Below, in pieces: positions 13,101 to 34,000 of a stretch of 64,000 nucleotides of DNA. Positions within the stretch are counted from its first letter, which is position 1, and every line of letters starts with the position of its first letter. Source of the DNA: Klebsormidium nitens (taxonomy: Eukaryota; Plantae; Klebsormidiophyceae). Location: the NCBI GenBank assembly GCA_000708835.1, contig DF237291.1, positions 35,997 through 99,996 of the forward strand, written 5' to 3'. A program made the position numbers and the translations under genes. The notes beneath the pieces are model-generated. The model was not told the origin of the DNA. It did not search any database and worked only from the letters and a program-made list of their open reading frames with translations.

Positions 13101-16100
13101 ATGGCGGACCCCGTCCGGCCTGGACACACAAGCAGACGGCGGCAGACATCATCGCAGGAAGAAGCGAAGTCCGCAACAGTCCGCAAAAGTCCGCAGACAA
13201 CTGTTTGACGGTGGCACAGGAGCGTGAAAGCCTTCTGGACGTCCGAAACAAAAAACTGCCTTTTTAAACTTCGGGCTCTTGCCGGGCCGCTGGTAATCTA
13301 AACCCTGCCCATGAAGACTGCCCGTATGTCAGCATAGGTAGTCCGCATGTTAAGTCCGCATGTTAAAAAAAGGCACAGCTGCAGATGGGTTTCCGCTAAT
13401 GATGTCGGAACTTTCCAACATCACATACACCCTCGATCTGATGTTGGATATTTCCATCATCATTTAGAGCCAAAGCGTTGAGGTTGTGAGTTTCCTACTT
13501 CGCACTATATTGTTGATTGTAATGTTGGAACTTTCCAACATCACATACAACCAGATTTCTCATGTTGGAACTTTCCAACATCACATACACTCTCAATCTG
13601 ATGTTGGATGTTTTAACATAAAATTAATGGTTCACAGTCATGTCAAGGAAATATCCAACTTCAAAAAGCATCCATCCACATTTGATGTTGGAATTTTCCA
13701 ACATCAAGTACAGCCGAAGAATCCACTTATGTTGGAACTTTCCAACTGAGTTTTTGAGGCAACCCGGTGAATTTAGAATTTCCCAATTCTACAAAGTATC
13801 TAGCTAGACGTAATGTTGGAAGTCCCAACCTCATTTAAAGCCAAAGCAAACTCCATCTTCATCAAATGTCCAGCCGAATCTGATGTTGAAACTATCCAAC
13901 ATCACGTACACCCTCAATTGCTCACCAAAAGCTTGTGTTCACGGTGAGGTTGAGATTTTCAACTTCAAAAAATATCCAGCCGCAACTGATTTTGGGGCTT
14001 TCCAACATCACATACAGCCAGATAATCTGAAGTTGGAACTTTCCAACTTCACTTAGATCCAAATTGGTGAATCTCAAAGTTTCCAACTCCACAAAGTATC
14101 TAGCTAGATGTACTGTTGGACAATTGCAACCTCATTTAAGCCAACGCAGTTTCCATCTTCCCGGTGATTATAGCACCGAACAGCAAGTCAATACTAGCTA
14201 AAATCAGCGATCAGAGGCTCCAGAGTCGTGCAAAACACTACGATCTTTTGCCAGAGTCGCTTCTTAAGACACCCTATGACAATCTCCATGCAATCAAGCA
14301 CCGAGCACCACCAACTGGTTAAGAGAATGGCCAACGCTCAGGATCCTGGTCTTTTCAGGAACCGCTGCCGCTGGCTCGGCTGGTTGTGTGGTGCGCGCTC
14401 ACCCTTGGCGAGCACCTCGAGGTACTTGCCGAGCAGGATGAAGGTGATGAGCATGGCGGCCGTCTCAAAGAAGTCGGACGCGTGGAACGACGGCCGCACC
14501 GCCGCGTACACCAGGCTCCCCACGCTGTACCAGTAGGCCGCGTTGGTGCCCAGCACGATCAGCACGTCCATGTTGGCGCGCCCGTGCCGCAGGCTGCGCC
14601 ACGCGCCGCGGTGGAAGCGCCACCCGATGCCGTACTCGACGGGGGTCGTGAAAGCCCAGCGCAGCCAGTCCCCCACCGTGAAGGCCCACACGCGCGTGCG
14701 CAGGGCGGCGTCCACCGCCGGGATGCGCGGCAGCACCATGGCCAGCAAGAACACCGGCACCGTGAGCGCGAGGCTCGCCAGGAACAGCCGCCGGTGCTTC
14801 ATGATCTCCGCGGCGCGGTCCACGCCCTGCCCCTGCGCGGGGTTGTGCAGTGCCACGCGGAACTGGCCTGGCCCCTGCTCGCCAGCGCCCTTCACTGCCT
14901 CAAAGATGGTGCGCAGCCCCGTGCGGTCGGGGTCAAACACGACCGCCACCCGGTCGCCGGCCTCGGGGTGCACGCACGCCTCGCGGATGCCGGGGCTGGC
15001 CAGCAGGGTGCGCACCACGGCGGCACGGTCGGCGTCCGAGTCCATGCCAGCAACGGAGAGGGTGACCTTGTCCTTCTGACCCGTGTCCAGTACAGCCGCC
15101 TCGTACCCGGCGTCTTCCACCGCCTGGATCAGCGCCCGCTCACTCACCACCCTGCGGCAGAAGGAGGCAGTGAGGACCAGGGCATAAGACCCCTGAGACG
15201 GGTACACGGTGTGATGGTGCACTTCATGGACAGTGTTGTGGCTCTCAGAAAGGGGGCCCGAGGACAGGCGCATAAGTAGTCAACAGGTTTTATCGAAGAT
15301 AAGGCAGCGCTTGGGGAGTTGGCTTCAGAACCGTGGCAATGCTGTGGCCCAAGCATTGTGTGGCCAGCCGCACAGGCAGGGCGAGCAGCCCACCTGGAGT
15401 CATACTCGACCTCTGCCTCCGCTGTGGCCAGCGCCACCACCGCTTTGCGCACTCCGCGCACCCCCGCCAGCGCGTGCTCCACCGCTCCCACGCACGTGGA
15501 GCAGGTCATGCCCTGCACCCGCAAGCGGGCCAGCACCACGCGGAAGCTGCGCCCTGCGTCCAGCTCTTGGACGTGCGCCTCGTAGCCCATGTCGTCCAGG
15601 GTCTCCACCAGATCCTCCTCCTGCAATGTGGAGCTCACCGTTTTGTTGCGACTGGAACGTGTTGGGTGCGAGGATACTGACGTGATACGAGTGAGCACGA
15701 GAGTTGTCCCAATGGGAGAAAGGGTAGCCACACTTATTTCACAATACAAGGTACTGACACAGTCACTTGATGTCTTTCTAGTACTAGCGCCTTGGGAAAG
15801 AAGCTTCTTTCAATGAGTAATATGAGGGACGCGAGGTGCTTTTGCTGTGATTGGAAGGAGTGATTTAGACCTGATTTGCCTAAAGCATCTTAGCTGATTC
15901 AAACAGTGGGGTGCAAAAACGGTGATCAAGATGCACCACACACTACGTGCCTTTCCAACTCGACCTCTTTTGCAACAGCTCAAGATGCAGTTGACGGCTG
16001 CGTGCCCCGTACCATGACGATGTTTGCATCAAAGACCACCTCCGCCAGGTTCTGCATCAGCGACACCGACGCCGCCTCCACCCCCTCCACCTGCCGCAGC

Positions 16101-16342
16101 ACTTTTTCCACGCTGGACGAGCACGCGGCGCACGTCATGCCGGACACGCTCAGGTACCGCGTCACCAGATCTTTGCTGGCGCTGCCGCTAGGGCCCTCAT
16201 AAGGGCGCGTGCCCGCACTCGGCGATCGACCACTACCCAAATGCTGCTCGTTGGGACGTTGCGTGATTACAGACTGTATTTCGATGTTGGGGAGCAAGTG
16301 GTGGCCAGACGGAATGCGGTGCAACTCCAGCAATTGCTCCAT
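10137..16342 (-). CDS. HMA5: P1B-1 copper-transporting ATPase (HMA5/RAN1-like), 8 exons
   Basis: Exons 16342-16013, 15620-15394, 15151-14403, 13119-12962, 12542-12363, 12105-11764, 11439-10870, 10613-10137. Motifs: [47 protein letters not shown] in TM7, [13 protein letters not shown]5 versus RAN1 orthology is not resolved. Confidence 0.95.
13401..14133. repeat. Degenerate array of ~17 palindromic 22-bp units at ~40-bp period in Cu-ATPase intron 3
   Basis: Consensus GATGTTGGAA-CT-TTCCAACATC (10-bp inverted arms). Units start near 13401, 13440, 13480, 13521, 13561, 13600, 13640, 13684, 13728, 13769, 13812, 13882, 13946, 13988, 14029, 14069, 14112. Confidence 0.85.
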
Positions 16343-18092
16343 ACTTGTCAGGCGTCAAATCGGACCACACGGTGTGTTCCGTGTTGTTTAGAAGTCCGGC
16401 CTCCTTGAGGCCAGTCCGATGCAATATGCGGCTCATGTATGAGAGACTTCTCCGTGTCCACCAAGCACGCCCAGGTGTTGCAGGAATTCTGCTACCGTAT
16501 CTACCGTTCCTAAGACTTGAGTAGCAGAAGTCTGCAAAAATAGCTGAACCAGGCCGCCGAGCTGCCCGCTGCGGACGCCGTCTGCATGCTGCACCTGCAG
16601 GCCTGCATTCTGAGGGGGTCCCCCTTGAATAGGTATATTGCTCGAGCATTGCACTGGGCGCGGACTCTGGTCACCGGTGGACTCCGGGGCGGACGAACTC
16701 GCATGCAATAGACTTAAACTAGCGGGGCATATGCCACGACATGGCGGCACGCAGCGTGCGCGTGACATGTGGCACCAAACGCCAAGCCTACAGCAGGTCG
16801 AACGGTCTACATTGCATCCAAGATTTTAATCGACGGCGAAATGGCTTCTGGACGTTTCACAGAAGTCCAAGCGATTCAAACATGGTGAGAAGTTGAGAAC
16901 CTTCCGACAAGTTACGATACTACGGTACAACGGTACTACGGTACAGTCTACGATCTGGGTATGGTGTACCTACTACGGTAGTACTGTCCAAGGCGGCAAG
17001 CCTCAAGGCCTGATGGACTCCCCCGAAAATTGGGGACCGGCCCAGCGGGGCGCTAGTCTCGCCAGGCGCTTCAATCGGTAACGTCCATGTAGTCCATCGG
17101 ACGGACCTGCAATGTTCCGAAGACTCCGCCACAAATCAGCTTGCGCCATCTTGTTTTGCGCGCCGCGGAAATACAGCGCACCGCCCTAGCTGGCCCCCCC
17201 TGCATGGCCCCTGGGCCTATCCCCGGACCGGGCCCCAAATTCCAGAACAGAGTCGGTCGCAATTCTGAATCTACCCAGGTCCTACCTTGATTTGACAAAT
17301 CCCGGCCAGTTTCGTTGTGGATAGTGCAGTCGTTGGTGGTCGCCCTGTTCGCATCGTCTAGTCTTGAAAAGACCGAATTGCCACCTACCGTACCCAGCTA
17401 CGGTACATTCAAAGGCTGGAACAGCAGCTTGTCTTCTCGCCAGTGCTTGTTGCCTACTTTTCAAGTTTTGCCTTACATAATACAAGTTGCTTTTCCGAGG
17501 TTCTTCTCCAAAACCAATCCGTTGGAAAAAGAGACAAGTAGGGGGTGCGAAGTTGCTTCGTGCCTGGGTATTGTCCTCTGTACTAGTCGTTGTTGTGCGT
17601 TGGCCCAGTAAATTGTGGAGCGGTGTCTGTAGCTGACAGATCTTAGCATCTTGAATCTCTCGGGTTTGTTAGAGTTAAAGCGAAGAGCGCTCCTTATCGA
17701 TCAGGGAATTAGATCTGGAGCATTTGTGGACGACATTGGGAGAAGGGTCTTTAGACCCCGCTTGACATCTGTGCCATCCTCTTGGAAGTGTTTGTCAGAG
17801 ATCTCAGGTACTTGCCGTTTGTCTCCTGTCACATCTTATGGATGAGATCCGTAGTGCTTAATATATTGCCTGTGTTCTGGTTTTGCACAGCGGCCTTAAA
17901 AACATGCCTTATATGAGTTATCCCAATTGTAGATCTGATTTGAACATAGTGAACAGAGTGCTAGTTGGTTTACTGTCAGTGCAAGTGGGGACGCTCTCAT
18001 TGGTTTGGTGGTTTGTGCAGGTAACTTGAAGCCTCTTGCCACCCTTGTCCACCCTTTGATCAGTCAGGGGAGATCAGGGCTCCCCGTGGACA

Positions 18093-20899
18093 ATGTTTGC
18101 CCTGCTGAGCCAACCTGCGGAGCAGCTGTTTGACACCCTGGGCTTGACCAAGGTGGGCCAGCAGGTGGCTGCCTTTCTGGGGGGGGCGCGCACCCCTGCC
18201 AAGCTGCCGCACAGCCCGCCCCCGCCTAGATCTGTCCAGCGAGCAGGCCCGGAGATGAAGCCAGCAGAGCCTACCGACGTGCGGCTACTGGGGATTAACC
18301 TGACGCGCCAGCCGCGCTGGATCCAGCTGGTCGTGTGCACGGGGGGCTTCTTCTTTGGCTACATCACTAATGGCCTGGCGGAGGAGTATGTCTATAACAG
18401 GGCCGGCTTCAGGTGAGGCACTTCATGCGCCGCAGCCCCCCAGAGCATGCATGCGACAGGCTAGGCGCTGCCAGCGGGGTGGCCATCAAAGACACCTCCC
18501 ACCTTTACTAGTGTCCCAGGAATGCTGTGGCCAATTGTGCAATTGGGGTTCTGCGAATTGGCCGAATTAGGATCGCAAGTGGATTAACTGCATGCACAGT
18601 GGTACCTCTGCGGAGATAGGTGCCATCAGAACTTAAGACTTGCAGAGGTCAAAAAGGGGGCTTGGAGGCCGCATGGTGCAGAGCATGCTGACTGGACCAT
18701 GCACAATCAAGTTAGCTCGATGCAGCTGGTCAGACGAATTGCACAGCTGCCAGTGCCCTGAGAAGTCAATTGGATGTGTCTTGCCGGCCTGCTATCCACT
18801 CCACTCTGGGCTGCCCGCTGCGGTGAGGTCCCCTGCTGGCTGGGCAGGTCTGTCCCCCGCTTCTCGGGATTCCTTGGCTGACGTTCGGTGTCGGTGTGTG
18901 CAGCTACGGGTGGTACTTCACATTTGTGCAAGGCTTTGTGTACATTGGCCTCATCATGGCGCAGGGCTTTCGCCCGAAGCACTGTGTGAACCCGTGGGGC
19001 CTATACGTCAAGATCAGTGCGGTGCTCATGTTCTCCACCGGCCTCACCAAGGGCTCTCTCGCCTACCTCAACTACCCGGCGCAGATCATGTTCAAGTCCA
19101 CCAAGGTCAGTGCGCCGCCCGCATTACCGCAGGCACCCCCACCATCTTTTTACCCACAGCATTGTCTTGTTTGCAAGCCACCTGGACGCAGCTGCCCCTT
19201 CGCTTGGTTCGCCTGTCCCTGCTCGGTAATTCTTATGGGGACTACCTTCGGGGAGGACCTCAGCCACAGGAAGAGCCTCGCATGTTATGCCCCTTGCCTG
19301 CCACCGCCACTATGAAGCGCGCTCTGCCCCTTCTTCTCAACATATTTGCTGTGTGTCGTTGCGCCAGCTGTCCGCATCCTGACGGTGCAGAGCTGCGCTG
19401 GTGCAGGTGCTCCCGGTGATGCTGCTCGGCGCGATGGTCCCGGGGCTGCGGCGGCTGTACAACCTGCAGGAATACGTGTCGGCGCTGCTGCTGGTGCTGG
19501 GGCTGATCCTGTTCACGCTGGCGGACGCGGCGTCGTCGCCCAACTTCCAGATGGTGGGCGTGATCATGGTGTGCACCGCGCTGCTGCTGGACGCCATCCT
19601 GGGGAACATGCAGGAGGCCATCTTTGCGGTCAACCCCGCCACATCGCAGGTCAGCGCACGCATGCTTGCACGGGCCAGCTTCTTGAAGCAAAGCTGGGGC
19701 TCATTCTGAGGGCGGCCCGCTTGAAGCAGTGGGAAGGAGAGTGCGTGGGCAGGGAGAACTTTCCTTCTTGTTGGGCTGGGTGGTAAGAGAGAGGAGGCTT
19801 TGTGAAGACATGTGGAAGCTCAAATCAAAGGGACACACCCCTTTGGTTTTCAGTTTACCACATCAGTCGATGCCCTGGTGACTGTATGTACAGTGGGCTC
19901 CTCTGATTGCCGTTTGAGTTTCGAATTTTATCAGACTGTGCCAATCCTTGTGTACTCTCAGGGCCGTGCCCCTTTTGAAAGGTTTCCTCCGAGAATCGGT
20001 TTCTAGAGAGCTACCTGGATGGCTGCCTTGCTTGTCTGGCCCCCAAAGTAAGCGTGTGGCGTGGGCGTGCGGTGCAGACGGAGCTGCTGTTCTGCACGAC
20101 CATTGTGGGCATGCCCTTCCTGCTGGGCCCCATGGTGGCCACGGGGGAGCTGTTTGAGGCGTGGAGCGCGGGGATGGCGCACCCGTACATCTACGGGGTC
20201 ATCATCTTGGAGGCTTTTGCCACCTACATCGGCCAGCTGTCCGTGCTGTCGCTAATTGCCCTCTTTGGCGCGGCCACCACCGCCATGGTGAGGACCACAC
20301 TTGCCAAAACCAGTGGATGATCATTAGCATAGTCGTTGAAGTCAGCTGTGCGCGATATGTTGGTGAAACGGCTGAACAGCATGATTGCACGATTCTAGTC
20401 TTCTGTTGACCACTAGTTCGAAACGTTTGGCACTGCCTTCCAGGTGCCGCTTCCCACAATCGGGGTTGGTTGTGGTGCCACCATGTGTATTGGTCAGAAG
20501 TGGCTCTAAAGAATAGTAGACACGAATCGCTGGAAAGCAGTCGGCAGGCAGTTTCCGCAGGATACCACCTTCTTTCGGCGGGAATCTACAGCCTCCGGCT
20601 GGTGTGCTGATGTGGGCTGGGCCGGTGTGCTACCTGCGCAGGTGACGACGTTGCGCAAGGTGTTTACGCTGCTGCTGTCGTACCTGATCTTCACCAAGCC
20701 GCTGCTGGGGCAGCACTGCGTGGGGCTGCTGCTCATCTCGTCCGGCATCGGCCTCAAGATGACGCCCGACTTCATGCCCACCCCGAGCTTCATGAAGCCT
20801 GCGCGGGCATCCCCGTCCAAGCCGGAGGTCCGGTATTCGCCCGTAGAGGACGAGAGGATGGAGGAGGGGCGCGAGAAGGAGGGGGACAACACCAGGTGA
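18093..20899 (+). CDS. UTR2: Nucleotide-sugar/PAPS transporter, UTr2/UTr4 (SLC35B3)-like, 5 exons
   Basis: Exons 18093-18412, 18904-19105, 19407-19649, 20078-20287, 20642-20899. Family motifs [66 protein letters not shown]. Confidence 0.9.
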
Positions 20900-22061
20900 T
20901 GGAGCCCGGCCAAGCAAACGTCAGTGTCCCCAGTCTCCTTGCCTAGAAAGGCGGGGCGCTCAGTCGGCCTCTGAGTCGGTATAGAGGTGTCTAAAAAGTC
21001 GGAGTTGTCGTCTTTAGAGTCTGTGCCGCTGCGTAGTTAGACTGTAGTGGGGCGTACTTAGAGTCGGCTTACAGCCACTGCTTGGGGACGGTCATTACAC
21101 TGGTGAACAGGAATAGAAAAGGGTGGGTGCTAACAGTCAATACCCTGGCTCGCAATCAGAGCCAGTAACACAACGAGGCCGAACATAGGACGCGGTAGAT
21201 CCATAACATATTGCCTTCGGCATCCTTGGGTCCTAATCAACGCGAATTGACTTAGAAGCGCTCGCCAGTAGTGCACATAGGAACACTTGGAGGAACAGAA
21301 ATCGTCAGCGGATCATCTGATCTGCTGCACGATTACGCAACAAATCAGCCCAACAGCCGCATGAGTCATGCAGCTTCGCAACATGCATGGCCTGCAGTTG
21401 TAGAGTGCTTCGACTGAGCCTGGCGTGGCCTGCAACAGGCTTGTATGTATCTGCAATGGGAGAGTAGAATTTGCGAAATGGGGATTGCAGCCTAATTGGA
21501 ACATACGCGTGGGGGCCCTAGAGCAGGCTGTACTTAACTGCATAAATTCCGTACGTTTCTCCAGACTCGCGTTAGCCTAGAACCTAGTCACATATGCGGC
21601 GGGGCGGCCATGCGGCACTACTGAATCTCATGCCATATGCAACCCATGAGCACAGTCCAATCTCATCTTATACTTCAATCGAGTCCGGGTGCATATACAC
21701 AGAATGCGGATGTTGTGCATCGCGGCTATATGTCCACGATTATTCTTCAAGCCATGAATCGCATTTTTGAACGTCCATTTTCAATTCCGCGGTCAAGGAA
21801 GGCTTGAAGACATGCAGCTACAACCACCTTGGAAATTGAGGTGAGAACTGCCAGAGAACTTAGACCGCAACCTCAGGAAAAACCTCAGTGCTCGTTTGCC
21901 TCACTCAAAGAGTCGCTTCGTACAGCGTGCTTGACATGACAACGGTCTCAGCTTGCGTCAGTAAGTTAACGGCGGAGAACTGCGTATGGTGCCAGCTTTG
22001 GCTGCTGACTGACATCACAATCGCGAACAACCGCCACTTGAATTTCGATGCTTAAAGGGCA

Positions 22062-29999
<7,938 letters not shown>

Positions 30000-31062
30000 T
30001 TTGGGCGCCTTACCAACACTGATGTAACTTATGCCTGATCAAGCTACCGTGCTGGCGTAGCAGCCACACTTGGCACAACGAGCACACAGCAGCCCGTCAA
30101 CCATGCGGTGAACTGCTGCACAGTGTCGGTGACAAGCTTCTCGTTCAATGCTGGGGAAATGATGCTTCAGCACTGCAGCTCGCACAATGTGTGCACTTCT
30201 GCATGACACCTGTGCATGTCAAGGTGGTGTGCCATATTAAGTAAAGGTGTCTACTTGCTTTCTGCCCATATCCGCTGATGGTTGTGTGGACGGAGCAAAA
30301 CTTCCCAGCGGTGGACTGCATAAGATCATCATAGGCGGGGAGTCAAGTTTTCAAACGTTGCTAAGATCCCCTAGCATCCCCTTTCAGAGTTGACATTGCT
30401 CCTTTTTCCATCTTGTGCCACCTAAAGCAATGGCAATTGGCATCATCTTCCCGTAGAAACTCGAAGGTCCGGTCCAGCAAAAAAGGCTCTCTGAAAAGCG
30501 ATGGAGGGGAGTCGAAGATCATGGGCCATGGCCCATGGCAATGCTGATTCTCGAGTATTAAATTTAAGAGCAAAAGTGGCCGGAATCATCCAGAAAGCCA
30601 CGTGGCTTCTCAAGTACACAATCTATTCAATGATTGGCGCCTTCCCGTTACCGCGACCATTGAAGGCTGAGGCCCGCGCACCGCACTGACTGCCAGCCAG
30701 GCCGTGTGACTCTGAGAGAGATAGTCGGTTACCGGACGTTGGGTATTCTTATGTCGCTCTAGTTGCTGAATAAAGGAGACTCGGGGAGTCGTCGAGCTAG
30801 CTGCTACAGTGCTAGCTGCACTCGAGACTTGAGTCTGACTTCGAGATGAGGATGGCAAATTGGTTGCATAACCTGAACCGTGGTGGCGCACAGGGGGTGT
30901 GGATCGTGGTCGAGCAGCTTGAGGTCATAGAGGTACGAGCTTGAGACACATGCGATCCTGATAGCAGTACCAGCATCAGTGGTGGTGATAAGGTGCGGCT
31001 TTCTTTTCAGAAACTTACATCATACCACTTGGTCCACACAGTTCGGAGCGGAGCTGCTGACA

Positions 31063-34000
31063 ATGTCTTCGGCCACTTGGGTCTCCGCACCCTCCAGTGT
31101 GTCGATCTGGCGCAGCCATGACACATTTGCCACCACATGTGCACAAGGGCCACAGTTGTGCGGGCCGAGATTCGAGTCGCAGGCCAGTGCCTCTGCCGCC
31201 CACCGGAAGGGGCGGCTGCTGCCCAGATCTGACATGTGGGTAAAAATGCAGCTAGGCAGCACCATGCCTTCAGTAAAAGGGTTTTCAAGGGGGAAGAGGC
31301 GGTGCATTCGAATGGAGGCGCAACGAGCAGGTGAGTGGTCCAGGAATGCGCTGCTGATACGATCTCCAGGAACATGCAGAGCTGGGCGGCAGACGCCGGC
31401 CAAGAATGGAAAGGAGCTGCACAATGCAGAACCCTAGTGGGCAAAGCACCTTGGGGGAAGCAACAAAAGGTCTGCAGGAACTCTCATACACCCGTCTCTA
31501 AGAGCCAGCAGCCTCAATACTTGACAGAAATGCTGCCCCGTGGTTCTGTTTCAAGCAGGAGGACCGCTACTTATAGTTGAAGATTTTACCCAGTTTTGCA
31601 ATGCAGCTGCTATTCAGCCTGTCAGCAAGACAGACTTATGGTATCCTGGATCGCAAAATGTGCCCCCAAGGGCAGGTGTGTTCACTCAAGAAGCCCGTCT
31701 TATGCAGACACCGTCAGCGCAAAAGCAGCAGAGGACGAGGTGGTGGACCGGCAGATTGGTGACTATTGCAGCATCAACAAGGAGGAAAAGAAGTCGCTGG
31801 GCGAGATGGAGGCGGACTTCTTGGCGGCGCTGCAGTCCTTCTACTATGACGAGCAGCCGATGATGAGCAACGAGGAGTTTGACAACCTCAAGGAGGAGCT
31901 GCAGTGGCAGGGCAGCAGGGTGGTCATCATGAGTGAGGCTCACCAGCCAGCGCGCAGCGGGCAGCCTGGCCCACACTGGTGGGCGGTGTCTTCGGCATAG
32001 TTGCGAATGTGCACGCCCTTGCGATCTGTTCCCTTGTAGAAACTTCTGTTCTGCGGCCAGTGTCCTCTAAGCCACCAGAACTGTGAAATTAGGAAGATTG
32101 AATCCAAAGGAAGGAAGTACCCAGTGCAGTGGCCCAAGTGAAAACCCTAACCAGGAAACGGTAGCCCGCTGCACCGGTTCCCCGCCTGATTCTCAGGCCA
32201 ATCCAAGCTGGCCCCCGGGCATGGACTGATTGGTGCGCTTCCGAATTGGCATTGCCATCCGTCGGTAGTGTGGCGCTGCTCTTGCTCTGCCTGACTTGGG
32301 CGCTGGCTGCGGGGTGCAGGTCCCGATGAGCAGAAGTTCATGGAGGCATGCCAAGCATACTTTGCAGGGAAACCTATCCTCTCCGATGACGAGTTTGACG
32401 CACTTAAGAGCCAACTCAAGGTGAGCACACCGCCCGTGTGTCGCTCACAGGGAAGAGTGCATATTGAGCCAGGTCCATGCCAGGACAGATTGTGATAAGC
32501 GCGCACCTCTTGTTCCTTGTTTTTGTATACGGAACCTTGTTCTATCGGTGGAAGTGCCTAGACCAGCCCAAGTGATCTGTCCGCCCTGCGGAGCAGTCCG
32601 CGGTCGAGCAACGCGCTTGCGCTATGTTGCGCATCCCCGCTGCCCCCCCTCACCCGCTTGCTGTCCCTGCAGAAAAGCAACAGCCGCGTCACAGTGGAAG
32701 GCCCTCGCTGCAGTCTCCGCAGCCGCAAAGTGTACAGCGACTCGCAGCTGGACTACCTCAAGATGACGCTGCTCAACCTGCCGGCCGCCGTCATCTCCCT
32801 GGCCTTGTGAGCCTCCTCTTGTATGCTGCGGGACCCTTATGACAGTGGGCGCATCCTATTGAGCAGGCTGCGCTGCTGGATCATGCATTCGCTGCCCTTC
32901 AGCTTGTACCACAAGCTCGAGATGTGGGCCCCAGGATTCCTAAAATGACTCCACTCCTTCTCCTCGTGCACTGTGTCGGCACTTGCCCAGTCCTTTTGGG
33001 CCTTTCCCCATGCTCTGGTTTGGCTGGCCCACACAGGCTGATAGGCCAGCCGTCCTCCCTTGCAGCGTCTTCCTTTTCGATGACCTCACTGGGTTCGAGA
33101 TCACGTACCTCCTCGAGGTGAGGGCTACTGCTTCGTCTGCCCGCGATGCACTCTATCCTCACGTGCTTGCCGCTGCTAAGCTTGGCCCCCAGCTTTACAT
33201 GTGTCCAGCACGCCATGCCGCGGTGCTTTAACGAGGCTGGGCCGAAAACTGACTGTAAACAGGTTGGACATCCTGCTCAAGAGTGGGGCCTGCATTCTTT
33301 CGAATGTGCTTCAGTTCCAACTTCGCTCACGTCTCTTCCGACTTCGCTCACGTCGAAAAGTGCTTGTATAGGCTGCACTCTTCATTTTGTGTTTGTGCTT
33401 TCAATAAATTGTCTCATACGAACTCCGCAGCGGCAAAACTTCCTGCCAGCTCCTTGAGGCAGCATCGCTTTACACGTTTCTCTCCCAGCGGGCATGCCTT
33501 CCTTTCTGACTGCCTAGCCGAGAATTCGTTACGAATGTTGGCAACGACCTTTCAGACGAGCAAGATTTCAAGCCCTCCGCTATTTCTATGATAGTAGGTC
33601 CGACAGAAGTTGAAGTTGCTTGATACGAGATCTTGTTGGTATCTTCCATCTTCTGGCTGCTCTAAGGCCACAACAGTATTGGCCGCCTTGCGCTCTTCCG
33701 CAATGAGCTCACACTTCTTTCAAGGAGGCCAACGCGGCTTGTAAGACTGCAAACAGCAAGCATCCCATAAAGAGGACTGCCCAAGATCTCACCCCCTACG
33801 TCTCTGGATTGCGGTGCCGTGGCTGACGCGCCTGCCCCGTTTTGTGCGTGCGTGTGCAGCTGCCGGAGCCGTGGAGCGCGCTGTTTGCGTACGGGGTCGT
33901 GTTCCCGTTCACCCTGTTCCTCACCTCCAAGCTCACCCGCGTCGTCATCAAGGACCCCCTCATCCTCAAGGTGCGCCTCGTCGCCGCCTTTGCCGTCCTG

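Noticed and set aside
13401-14133. Calling the palindrome array a CRISPR
   Set aside because: Eukaryotic intron, no cas genes, repeats too degenerate, and spacers short and homologous to one another.
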